Source: Gemmatimonadaceae bacterium (GTDB lineage Bacteria; Gemmatimonadota; Gemmatimonadetes; Gemmatimonadales; Gemmatimonadaceae). From it: DNA of 64,000 nucleotides. A program made the translations under genes and the position numbers. This document shows, in pieces, positions 29,389 through 38,754 of the stretch (the first letter of the stretch is position 1; every line of letters starts with the position of its first letter). The notes under the pieces are model-generated. The model ran no database searches. It was not told the DNA's origin and saw only the letters and a program-made list of their open reading frames with translations. The stretch is from assembly GCA_051859245.1 (NCBI GenBank), contig JBHYGA010000007.1, positions 93,741 to 157,740 on the forward strand, read 5' to 3'.

Positions 29389-32277
29389 TTACTGCACCAC
29401 AGGAGGCTGCGCGTTCCAGTTGATCACGGCGTTGAAAATCATGTTGAACTCGCCGTGGTTCTGCCAACGATAAATCGGATTGTTGGAGAACATGATCACA
29501 CGTCCCTTGCCTTTGTACGCGCCGGGAATGTCTACCGCAAACGGACGCGCCTTGAGTGAGTCGGCACCAACCATCAGTCCCGACAATACCGACTTGTCAC
29601 CCCCAACGTAGCGACCAATCACGTTGGCTTCGTTGGCAATGCCAACCTTGAACGGTGAGCCGCCCACGTACTTGATCGGAATGGTCTTGGAGCCAAAACC
29701 GTAGAACACCGGATGCTCCGGCTTCACGATTTCCGCTTCAATCAGCGGACGCTGCGCGTTCAGTCCTGGCACGTTCGTTTTGTCCACGCTGCCCGCCCAG
29801 CCAAACTCGATGGGCAAACGCGCCGCATCGCCAACGGCGATGAGTGTACCGCCGCCTTCGAGGAACGCAGCGAACGCGTCAACACCCGCCTGACCAAATC
29901 CGCCCGACATGTCATCCGTCTCGCCGTACATGCCGAGGAACTGATACTTGTCAGACTTCTTGTATGGCGTGGGGTTGGCCGCCTTCGGCATCATCACCGT
30001 CTGACGGCTCAGGTTCTGCTCGGCCATGAGAATCACATCGTAGTCATTGCGCAGGTTGCCTTTGACCACGCGCTCTTTGTAGATGAGATCAAACGGCACG
30101 CCGAACTTGTCGAACGTGAGGCGATACCATCCGAGGCTCTGCGTGCCGCTCCACTGCGTGTAGATCGCAACGCGCGGAACAACCGCGTCGTGCGTGGCAA
30201 CGGTTGGTGCCGCGCTCAACGACGCGGCCGTGAGCCCGAGTTCAGCAACAGCCGCCTTCACACGATCGGCCGCGGCCATGTCCGTCACAATGAAGGAACC
30301 TGCCGGAAACTCAATGCCTTCCGCCGTGAAGCTCTTCTCGGCCACGCGCATTGCTACGTCTTTCAGTTTGTAGCGCAGCGAGATCATGTTGTTCGATCCA
30401 AAATGCGCAATCGCTATGCCAGCGGTGCCGTTGCCCTTGGTAGTGCCGGCCAACTTCACGTCGGTCACCGGTGTGACGTTCGCTTTGAGAATCGTGGAGT
30501 CGGCGACTTCAACAACTTCCACGCCCATCGCAAAACCCATAGACCAACCGCTGTCGTCGTACGTGCGCAAACGCGGATCCGGATAGTTCTGCTTCTCCAT
30601 CAGGTTTTTCGCGAGACGACCGTACGGCTGATCCAGCTTGATGATGTACGAGCCCGCGGCGTACGTCTTGTCACCAACCTTCACCGCGTCACGCGCCACA
30701 CCTACTTCAATACGCTGGAAACGCAGAATCTTCACCATCTCGGCGGGCTTCGTCATGTCGCGCTGCACGGGAATCACGTAGGCGTACGGCGCCTTCGTCT
30801 TTCCATGCTCCATGGAGTTGCGCGTCTTGACATAGAAGTTTTCAAGAATGGTTTCCGGGAACATCGATGCCAGCTGCAACGCGCTGAGCACACCTGTCTG
30901 CATGTAGTTGGCGTTCGCACGACGCGTGAATGTAGCGACGTCGTTAAAACCCACCTGAATGCCGCGGTACCATTCGCGGTCCTGTCCACCACCGCGTCCT
31001 GTTGGCACGCCACCAGCAGCGCCACCAATGCCAGCACCACCACCACCGCCGCCGGCCGCCGCCGCGCCGCGTGTGGGTCCGGGCGCGGTGGGATTACGCG
31101 CACGTGCAACGGCCGCGCTGTCGAGATCACGTCCCGACTGCGTCTCATACATTTTCATGAGGCCGTTGTGATTGTAGGCCACAGAGCCGAGGTAACCGGG
31201 CGACCAGCCGTCCATGAATGCGTGTGTGTACACACCCGGCATGCCCCACTTGGTCATCTGCGCCATTTCCCAGTTTGCAAACCACGGGAGTTCAGCAAAG
31301 AGCAACGGATCAAGATTCGGGTTCTGCGGCGCACCACCGCTGTACGTGTACAGCAGCGACAGCGACTCATGCAGATCGTGCATGATGGGCGGATGCGCGG
31401 TGAAATACCAATCGGCGATCGCGCGCATCTGATCGAGTACGAGATTGATGTCGCGGTTGTTGTCGTGATACGCGTACTTGCCCCAGTACGGCACGGCGCC
31501 AATGCCGCGTCCGCCGCCAGCAGGTGTTGCCGCCGAGTCACCAGCACCCGCAGCAGGCGAACGCGCAGCGTCGGCCACTTCGAGTCCACGATAGAACCAG
31601 TCCACGTTCCGATCGCGTCCGTCAGCGTCAGCCACCGGCGTAATCGATACGTAGAGATTCTCGCGAATCTTTGAAATGATTGGCGACGTTTCGGTGGCCA
31701 GACGATACGCGAGCTCCATCAACATTTCTGACGGGCCCGTTTCACCGCTGTGCAAACCGCCCATGAAGTGGTAGTGCGGTTTGGTCTGACCAATGATCGT
31801 CTTCACCTGCGCTTCGGTCATGCCGCGCGGGTCTGCAATCTTGGCCAGGTTCGCACGATTGGCTGCGAGCTTGGCCATGTTTTCTTCCGACGACACCCAG
31901 ATCACGACCAGCTCGCGCCCTTCATCCGAGCGACCAATAGACTCGATCATCACGCGCGGTGATGCGGCATCGAGCGCGCGGTAGTATTTGAGCTGGTCGG
32001 CGTAGTACGTAAGCTTTTTCGGCGCGCCAATGTGATAGCCGAGGATGTCTTTCGGCATCGGAATGCCCGGCACGACCGGCAAGTGGTCCACAAGCGGACT
32101 GCCATGCTTGGGGCTCATGATCCACTCGCGATACGCCTTCTCGAAGCTTTCGTCCTGCTTCTGCGACGGGTCGCGCGTATCGAGGGACATCATCTGCGCC
32201 GCAGCCGTGGAGCATGGCACGAACGCGAGCGTGAGCAAAGCGCGTCTGACGGTACGCGCGACGGTAGAACGGATCAC
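29389..32277 (-). CDS. Secreted M14-family zinc carboxypeptidase-like protein with C-terminal GATase-like domain
   Basis: HSGE (HxxE), DNNRD, HDLHE; Gly/Ala-rich inserts; signal peptide. Confidence 0.85.
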   Translation of the reverse strand: MIRSTVARTVRRALLTLAFVPCSTAAAQMMSLDTRDPSQKQDESFEKAYREWIMSPKHGSPLVDHLPVVPGIPMPKDILGYHIGAPKKLTYYADQLKYYRALDAASPRVMIESIGRSDEGRELVVIWVSSEENMAKLAANRANLAKIADPRGMTEAQVKTIIGQTKPHYHFMGGLHSGETGPSEMLMELAYRLATETSPIISKIRENLYVSITPVADADGRDRNVDWFYRGLEVADAARSPAAGAGDSAATPAGGGRGIGAVPYWGKYAYHDNNRDINLVLDQMRAIADWYFTAHPPIMHDLHESLSLLYTYSGGAPQNPNLDPLLFAELPWFANWEMAQMTKWGMPGVYTHAFMDGWSPGYLGSVAYNHNGLMKMYETQSGRDLDSAAVARARNPTAPGPTRGAAAAGGGGGGAGIGGAAGGVPTGRGGGQDREWYRGIQVGFNDVATFTRRANANYMQTGVLSALQLASMFPETILENFYVKTRNSMEHGKTKAPYAYVIPVQRDMTKPAEMVKILRFQRIEVGVARDAVKVGDKTYAAGSYIIKLDQPYGRLAKNLMEKQNYPDPRLRTYDDSGWSMGFAMGVEVVEVADSTILKANVTPVTDVKLAGTTKGNGTAGIAIAHFGSNNMISLRYKLKDVAMRVAEKSFTAEGIEFPAGSFIVTDMAAADRVKAAVAELGLTAASLSAAPTVATHDAVVPRVAIYTQWSGTQSLGWYRLTFDKFGVPFDLIYKERVVKGNLRNDYDVILMAEQNLSRQTVMMPKAANPTPYKKSDKYQFLGMYGETDDMSGGFGQAGVDAFAAFLEGGGTLIAVGDAARLPIEFGWAGSVDKTNVPGLNAQRPLIEAEIVKPEHPVFYGFGSKTIPIKYVGGSPFKVGIANEANVIGRYVGGDKSVLSGLMVGADSLKARPFAVDIPGAYKGKGRVIMFSNNPIYRWQNHGEFNMIFNAVINWNAQPPVVQ

Positions 32278-32374
32278 TGAGCGACTTCCTGCGTCATCGG
32301 TGGGGGATGGGACTGCTTAACCTCCACTACGCAGCACTCTCGCTTCGTGTTCGGCAAGGGCTTCTTCGGTGTGG

Positions 32375-32487
32375 GGCCTGGGGCGCGGACGTCCCCCTCC
32401 GCGCCCAGCGGTCGGCCCGGGCGCGCCGGGCGGGGCGCCGGCGCTGGCCGACCGACGGCGCGTCGCGCGACGTCCGCGCCCCGGGCC
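32375..32487. repeat. Very GC-rich nested inverted repeat
   Basis: 19-nt arms 32375-32393 / 32469-32487; inner 9-bp stem 32409-32417 / 32446-32454. Confidence 0.7.
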
Positions 32488-32611
32488 GCGGGCGCTGGGG
32501 AGCTCGGCCGCGGGGCGGGCGCCGCGGGTTGCGCGGCTGCACCAAGGCGCGCGCGTTGCACGTTATTTTGATGATCCGGGCCGTTACTTACCCATTTCTC
32601 GGATATTCGTC

Positions 32612-32905
32612 ATGGGCACGTTCGAGTTCACCCATACAGAAGACGGTAACAAAGGCAGTTTCGACGCCGCCGCGAACGGGGAGCGCGCGGGCGAGCTGAC
32701 CTACTCGCGCATGAATGCGCACGCCGTCATTGTGGACCACACCGGCGTGTCGGCCGCGTTCGAGGGGCACAATCTGGGCAAACAACTCGTCGAGCACGCC
32801 GTTCAGTGGGCGCGAGAGAATCAGCAAAAGATCATGCCGCTTTGCCCGTTCGCACGCGCCCTGTTCGAGCGAACGCCGGCGTACGGCGATGTCTGGTATC
32901 GCTAA
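32612..32905 (+). CDS. YjdJ-like small GNAT acetyltransferase
   Basis: DHTGV...EG..LGK.LV, PLCPFA. Confidence 0.88.
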   Translation: MGTFEFTHTEDGNKGSFDAAANGERAGELTYSRMNAHAVIVDHTGVSAAFEGHNLGKQLVEHAVQWARENQQKIMPLCPFARALFERTPAYGDVWYR

Positions 32906-32964
32906 GCGCCAAATCTGTCGGAGCGGTGGTCGACGCGAAGCCGACCACCGCCGGCCTTCGGGGC

Positions 32965-34650
32965 TTATGGGCGCTTGGTGGTAACGCTGATCACGCCGTT
33001 CGCCGCGCGGGAGCCGTAAATGCGCTCGGCGGCGTTACCCTTGACGACTTCGATCTGTTGGATGTCATCGGGGTTGAGGTGCGCCAGTCCGCGGGTGTTG
33101 ATGACGCCGTCGATGATGATCAGGGGTTCACCTCGCACTGCGGTTGAGATCGAGTCCCCGCGCAGTACCACGCTGTCGGCCGTCACGGCGCAGTTCGCGC
33201 ACTGAAGCCGAGTGAATGGCTGTGCGGCTCCATCGCGTCGAGCGATCAGCACACCAGCGGTGCTATCGCGCATCAGGGCCACCCGAGTGCTGGAGTCGCG
33301 CCGTACCATCATTGAGACGATTGCCGTGGTATCGCGAATGCCGACACGCGCGCGCACACTATCCATGCGTGCAAGACGACTTGTACTGTCCACGCGTCCA
33401 AGGCGACTGCTGTCGAGCACATACTCCGTCAGCGTGCCGCGAACCGAGTCCACCGCCGATGCATCGAGCCGTGACTCCGCATACTTGCGCGTGAGAATGC
33501 GCACTTCATCGGCACGCCGGCCACCGCTGCGACCAACCACATTGATCGTCGCAATGTCTTCCGCCTTTACCAGCTTGGCTTCAGTCGCGGACACGGGGCG
33601 CTCGTCAACGGTATACGCGATCGACTCGCCCGCCGGCAAGCCGAGCGCTTGCACCACGCTCGTCGCATCGGCATCGCGGATCTGCGCCGCAGTCGGCACA
33701 TCAGTATTGCACGCCGCAAACACCATCGCGGAGCAAGCGAGCAGGAACGCACCAACGGCAACCGGTGTGCGACGTGAGGGACGGGAAGTCATGGCGAGCA
33801 GTCTCCGTTCAAGGTGGCGACGTGAGTCGAGCAGCGCGAGCGCGTGCAGTGCGCTGCGACGTGAGGGCATTTGTGTAGCAAGGGTGAGCAGTAGCTCAGC
33901 GTAGCGACGCGGTGACGCACCACTCCGCAGCACGCGCGCGTCGCAGTCCACTTCAATCGCGAGACGCAATCGCGACGCCATCCACCAGGCCAGTGGGTGC
34001 CATGGTACCAGTGCTACGGCGATCGCCGTCACCGAGAGCAGGAGCGGATCACGCGCGCGGCGGTGCTCTTCTTCATGCGCGAGTACAAGCTGCTGATCCG
34101 CCGGTGACTGCGTGAGCAACGTGCTTGGCAACACAATGTCTGGTTGCAACACACCATACACCGCTGGGCCGTGCGTCTTCGCCACACGCACGCGATGGCC
34201 GAACATGGTCGCGACGGGCCACAAACGACGCGAGCGATCGAGCTTTCGCATCATGTGCAGCACACTCACCAACGTGCCAATTGTGGCGAGCAACCAGAGT
34301 GCACCAACGGCGCGATCGAACGGCAGCGGCACGAGCGCCACCATCCCATCAATGCCCCGATCAATCGGAAAGCGCAGGACTTCAATCACACGCTCGGCGA
34401 ATGTTTGCGGCGCGGCGATCATTAAAGGCGAAACATCAACCGCAGACGTGATCGCGCCGTTTACAATCGGCTGCACCGATTCTGCACGCCACGGAGCCAG
34501 CGCAGTGAGCGCGATGAGGAATCCCAGGGCTCCCGCCCACGTAAATCGACGCGGCAGATTGGCCGCGCGTGCCGCACGATCAATGATGAGCGCACCGACC
34601 GAGACAAGCGCACCAACGAGCAGCGAATAAAGCATCCAGGCGGTGATCAT
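32965..34650 (-). CDS. BlaR1/MecR1 M56 peptidase with C-terminal SusC-like plug domain(s)
   Basis: AHEEEH..ARD, WHPL.W, EVDCDARV; C-terminus PLIIIDG..LNPDDI..IEVVKG.AA..YGSRAANGVI..TTK. Confidence 0.88.
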   Translation of the reverse strand: MITAWMLYSLLVGALVSVGALIIDRAARAANLPRRFTWAGALGFLIALTALAPWRAESVQPIVNGAITSAVDVSPLMIAAPQTFAERVIEVLRFPIDRGIDGMVALVPLPFDRAVGALWLLATIGTLVSVLHMMRKLDRSRRLWPVATMFGHRVRVAKTHGPAVYGVLQPDIVLPSTLLTQSPADQQLVLAHEEEHRRARDPLLLSVTAIAVALVPWHPLAWWMASRLRLAIEVDCDARVLRSGASPRRYAELLLTLATQMPSRRSALHALALLDSRRHLERRLLAMTSRPSRRTPVAVGAFLLACSAMVFAACNTDVPTAAQIRDADATSVVQALGLPAGESIAYTVDERPVSATEAKLVKAEDIATINVVGRSGGRRADEVRILTRKYAESRLDASAVDSVRGTLTEYVLDSSRLGRVDSTSRLARMDSVRARVGIRDTTAIVSMMVRRDSSTRVALMRDSTAGVLIARRDGAAQPFTRLQCANCAVTADSVVLRGDSISTAVRGEPLIIIDGVINTRGLAHLNPDDIQQIEVVKGNAAERIYGSRAANGVISVTTKRP

Positions 34651-35090
34651 GTCGGGCCTCGCTTGGCGTTGTCGCCGCCGGGTGCATCGGTACGTGAATC
34701 GTTCGCGTCATCACGCGCATCGTTGCCCAGTCGCTCGTCAAGCAACCGACGCATCCGCTCCAGCTCCTCGCGCGGCATATCGCGATCCGACACCAGCTGC
34801 GCGAGTAATCGCTCGGCGGAACCCTGAAAAATCGCGTCGCGAATGCGGGAAATCGCGCTCGACCCGGCATGGTCTGAATCGACCACGGGGAAGTAGCGAT
34901 ACGCGCGTCCCTCGGCTTCATGCCGCACAAAGCCCTTGTCTTCGAGCGTTTGCAGCGCGGATAACACCGACGTGTACGCGAGCGGTTCGTCGAGCACCTC
35001 GCGCACCTCGGCCACCGAGGCCGAACCGGTGCGCCAGAGTACGCTCATCACATCGAGCTCGCGGGGGGTGAAGTAGACCTCTGGTTCCAT
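34647..35090 (-). CDS. blaI: BlaI/MecI/CopY-family repressor
   Basis: FTPRELDVMSVLW, LAYTSV...L..LEDKG.V, GRAYRY, FQGSA..L; ATGA overlap with the M56 gene. Confidence 0.9.
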   Translation of the reverse strand: MEPEVYFTPRELDVMSVLWRTGSASVAEVREVLDEPLAYTSVLSALQTLEDKGFVRHEAEGRAYRYFPVVDSDHAGSSAISRIRDAIFQGSAERLLAQLVSDRDMPREELERMRRLLDERLGNDARDDANDSRTDAPGGDNAKRGPT

Positions 35091-35113
35091 CAGGCAGGGC
35101 TCCGGGCGGGGTG

Positions 35114-35159
35114 ACTACTGCAACTCCCGTAGTATAGGAACTTCGAAAGCCGTTGTCAA
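35114..35159 (-). promoter_or_regulatory. Near-consensus sigma70 promoter with overlapping palindromic operator for blaI-blaR
   Basis: Minus strand TTGACA (35159-35154), 17 nt, TATACT (35136-35131); ACTAC-N10-GTAGT palindrome at 35114-35133. Confidence 0.8.
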
Positions 35160-35275
35160 CTGGTTTTTCAGTAGTGGCTACGTCTGCCGGTAAATGGTGA
35201 TCAGTGTGACGGTGCTGTCCCGTAGCGTGTTGGAAAACCCGCACTAACGGTGACGCCGCGCCGTAGTGACCAGTC

Positions 35276-37231
35276 GTGTCCACTGAGACCACGCGCCCTT
35301 CCTTCGCCTCACGCATGCCGCCCAATCACACCGCGCCCGACTCGCTGTTCGTCGCCTTTCAGACCGCGCTGGCCGGTCGCTATTCCATTGATCGCGAGCT
35401 TGGGCGCGGTGGAATGGGCGTGGTGTATCTCGCACGCGAGGTGATGCTCGATCGTGCGGTGGCGATCAAGTTGCTGCCGCCGGCCCTGGCGACGCAGCCT
35501 GCGCTCCGTGACCGCTTTCTGCGCGAAGCACAGCTCGCGGCAAAGCTCTCGCATCCGCACATCGTCCCGATTCACAGCGTTGATCAGATCGATGACTTTG
35601 TGTTCTTCGTGATGGCGTACGTGGAAGGTGAAACGCTCGCGCAACGTGTACACACACGCGGCCCGCTCCCTGGGCGCGAAGGCGCACGCGTCCTACGCGA
35701 GGTGGCGTGGGCACTCGGCTACGCGCACTCGCAGCAGGTGGTGCACCGCGATGTAAAGCCCGATAACATTCTGCTCGAAGCGAGCACTGGTCGCGCACTG
35801 GTGGCAGACTTTGGTATTGCGGCCGCCACCGGCGACGCAAACAACGAGCAGCTCGCGGGCACGCCAGACTTCATGAGCCCGGAGCAAATACTCGGTGCCG
35901 ACATCGACGCGCGCAGCGATCTCTATTCGCTGGGCGCCACCGCGTTTTACGCACTCTCTGGACAGCTGCCGTTTTCCGGTGCGAATACGAGCGAGCTGCT
36001 GGCGCAAAAGCTTTCCAATGCGGCGCCCTCGCTTGCGTCCACCAACACCAATGTGCCGCGCAAGCTGACACAACTGGTGGACTGGTGCCTCGCGAAAGAA
36101 CCCGCCGACCGTCCGTCAAACGCGCAGCTGCTGGCGGATCAGTTCGGCGTGGCGATCGAACAGCGCAAAGAGTTGCCCGTAGCACTGCGCGCGTTTGTGA
36201 AACGCAATGGACGTACGGATGGCGCCGGCACCATGCTGACACTCGTTGGCAGTGTGGTTGGCGCCGGTGTTGTGGCGGCAATCGCAGGCCCGCTGCAAGC
36301 GCTCGCATTTGCCACAGTTAGCGCCGTGATTGCGCCCGTGGCGTTTGGTGTACTGGCTGCGCGACGCATGCTCGACCTTGGCTTCACCCATCAGGATCTT
36401 GCGCCAGCATTTGATGTCGAGCGCGATAACAGTCGCGAAGAACGCGCGGTACAGGTGGGACGCGTACGCCGGTTCTTTGAATCAGCACTTCGGCACGTGG
36501 CGCGCGTTTCGTCAGCCACAACGGCGGTGGTGATTCCCACCATCATCATTGGTGGCGAATCGAACTGGCTCTACGGCATCCCGCTGGCACTGCTTGGCCT
36601 GGCCGTGGCTGTTCCCAGCGTGTTCGGCTACCTCGTCATGTTGCAACTCCGGCGCGACGTTGACGTGGAGTTCTGGAGCCGAGTGTGGGGTGGTCGTTTT
36701 GGTGCGTGGTCGTTTTCGCTCGCGCGCAAGTGGCGCGGCAACGCTCCGATAGCGCCGGCCATGACACACCGCGCAACCGAACTGTCACTCGGACTCGCGG
36801 CCGAACAACTATTCGAGAGCCTTCCCAAAGCCTCTCGCGAATCACTCGGTGATCTGCCGGGGCTGATCGAGCGGCTGCAGCGAGACGCGAATGTGCTGCG
36901 CACGCGATTTGATGCGTTGCAGCAGGCACTGCACGGAGCGGTACGCATGGCGTCGCCTGATCAAAGCGACGCGGACATGTCGCATCACGATGCGCTGTGC
37001 GAAGAACGCGATCTTGTGCAGTCACGATTGCGTGAAACGGTGAGTGCGCTGGAAAACATTCGACTTGGCCTGCTGCGCCTGCACGCCGGTTCACTCAGCC
37101 TTGAGTCGCTCACCACCCACATTGGTCTGGCAATCGACGTGTCAGACAATGTGGAGCGTTTGATCAAGGCGCACCAGGAAGTTGACCACGTGCTGCGCTT
37201 TCCGCAGCAGGTTGCCCTCACTCCGGCGTAA
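35276..37231 (+). CDS. Hanks-type Ser/Thr protein kinase with TM helices and helical C-terminus
   Basis: LGRGGMGVVY, VAIK, HRDVKPDN, DFG, GTP.FMSPEQ, DLYSLG; start 35276 or 35315. Confidence 0.93.
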   Translation: MSTETTRPSFASRMPPNHTAPDSLFVAFQTALAGRYSIDRELGRGGMGVVYLAREVMLDRAVAIKLLPPALATQPALRDRFLREAQLAAKLSHPHIVPIHSVDQIDDFVFFVMAYVEGETLAQRVHTRGPLPGREGARVLREVAWALGYAHSQQVVHRDVKPDNILLEASTGRALVADFGIAAATGDANNEQLAGTPDFMSPEQILGADIDARSDLYSLGATAFYALSGQLPFSGANTSELLAQKLSNAAPSLASTNTNVPRKLTQLVDWCLAKEPADRPSNAQLLADQFGVAIEQRKELPVALRAFVKRNGRTDGAGTMLTLVGSVVGAGVVAAIAGPLQALAFATVSAVIAPVAFGVLAARRMLDLGFTHQDLAPAFDVERDNSREERAVQVGRVRRFFESALRHVARVSSATTAVVIPTIIIGGESNWLYGIPLALLGLAVAVPSVFGYLVMLQLRRDVDVEFWSRVWGGRFGAWSFSLARKWRGNAPIAPAMTHRATELSLGLAAEQLFESLPKASRESLGDLPGLIERLQRDANVLRTRFDALQQALHGAVRMASPDQSDADMSHHDALCEERDLVQSRLRETVSALENIRLGLLRLHAGSLSLESLTTHIGLAIDVSDNVERLIKAHQEVDHVLRFPQQVALTPA

Positions 37232-37236
37232 GGCAC

Positions 37237-38586
37237 ATGGAACACAAACCTGTTATCACGGCCGATCTGATGGCAGCTGATTGGCTCGGTGCGGCCGCGC
37301 GTCCGCTGCCGGATCGTGTGCCACCGTTGAGAACAAGCGCCGCAGGCGTGGTTGGAGGCGACGATACGACCGCCGCTCCAACGGGCGGCGTGTGGCGATC
37401 GGCGCTTCGCTGGATACGCGATGCTGCGATCGGCTTGGCCATCATCACCAGCATCCCGTTTGTGGCCATCGGCACCCGCGCTGAGCTTCCATCGTTCAAT
37501 TTCACGGACCTTGGCGAACGGATTGCCCAAGTTGAGAAGCTTCGTGTATTGCGCTTGCCAACCACCAACGAACTCTCGCCGCTGGCGGCCGGTCAGTTGT
37601 GGCATGCAACAGACGTAATAGCGAAGAACGGCATGTTCCCCACACATCCCGCAGCGCCGCCCGCCGAGCGCAGCTGGACGAACATGTTGCTGACCGAGGA
37701 CATGTTCACCGGCGTGAAGCGCAACGATCGACATCTGCTGCAGTCGTCCGACGTATTGAAGGCGGCACAAGGTGACTTGTCGCCAGCCGAGCGGCAGTAC
37801 CTGCGTACGGTGGCCGAAGCGCCGATCTGGCCCAACATCGATCGCCTCGCGTCAGCTCGTGCGCTCGATATCATGGGCGCCCGCTACGTGCTGCCCTTCC
37901 GCGAAGATGCCTCGGCCGTACTGATGTACATTCCACGTTTCGCGGCCACCAAGGAGCTTGCCTACGCCGGCCTTTCGCGCGCGGCGTATCATGTGTCGCA
38001 AGGCGAACCCGATCGTGCGGAGCACGCGCTGCGTTCAGTGCTGTCGTACGGGTTTGTGTTGCTCGATAACGGGTCCTCCGCTATTGAAGGGCTGATCGGA
38101 CGCGTGGTCGTGGGCATCGCGAGTGAAGGCCTGCACACATTGTACTCGATGACCGGGAACGCCGCGGGCGCAGCGTTGACCGCGCCGATCCAATCCACCA
38201 CCGCGCTGAAACGTGGCCCGGAGGAGCGACCGGCTGAAGCACGGCTCATTGAAATCGCAAACGATCCGGCCGTAAGCCGAACGATCCGGCTGGAAAGCCT
38301 GCGTGCGTTGGCGTTCAGCAGCTGCACCAATGTTCGCGGCGCGCTGTTTGGTCCGTCGGCCGAGTCAAACGCCGCCTTCGATGCCGCGCGGCGGGATCTC
38401 GTGCGGTATCCGTCGGATCGCGCTTTCATCAACCTGCTGCAGGATACGCCCAACCGTCCGCTGGGAAACTCGGAAATCAACTCCAAATCCGACTGGTTGC
38501 TGCTCGGCGCCGCGTCTGTTGCGTCAACGGTGCTCAACAACCCGCGCATTCAGACCTGCACACAGGTGTTGAACGCGAACTTTTGA
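37237..38586 (+). CDS. Membrane-anchored helical hypothetical protein
   Basis: 449-aa ORF starting 5 nt after the kinase stop; one TM segment. Confidence 0.7.
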   Translation: MEHKPVITADLMAADWLGAAARPLPDRVPPLRTSAAGVVGGDDTTAAPTGGVWRSALRWIRDAAIGLAIITSIPFVAIGTRAELPSFNFTDLGERIAQVEKLRVLRLPTTNELSPLAAGQLWHATDVIAKNGMFPTHPAAPPAERSWTNMLLTEDMFTGVKRNDRHLLQSSDVLKAAQGDLSPAERQYLRTVAEAPIWPNIDRLASARALDIMGARYVLPFREDASAVLMYIPRFAATKELAYAGLSRAAYHVSQGEPDRAEHALRSVLSYGFVLLDNGSSAIEGLIGRVVVGIASEGLHTLYSMTGNAAGAALTAPIQSTTALKRGPEERPAEARLIEIANDPAVSRTIRLESLRALAFSSCTNVRGALFGPSAESNAAFDAARRDLVRYPSDRAFINLLQDTPNRPLGNSEINSKSDWLLLGAASVASTVLNNPRIQTCTQVLNANF

Positions 38587-38754
38587 CGAATGGGAGGCTT
38601 CGGGTGCTCGTCAATCCGTGACGTAATCGGGACGAGATGTTGGTGAAATGACCAATGACACAGCTGCACGTTGCCAACTCGATCTTTTCTTGTTGCCTCG
38701 TACGTGCAGTTGAAATCCGCGCCGAGGCGGAACCCATTGGTGAAGGATGATGGA

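Noticed and set aside
29713..31674. 653-aa plus-strand ORF, and similar long antisense ORFs at 18610-19857, 22680-23795, 26936-28207, 51833-52975 and 59959-61113
   Set aside because: Shadow frames of well-supported genes in GC-rich DNA; no recognisable motifs.
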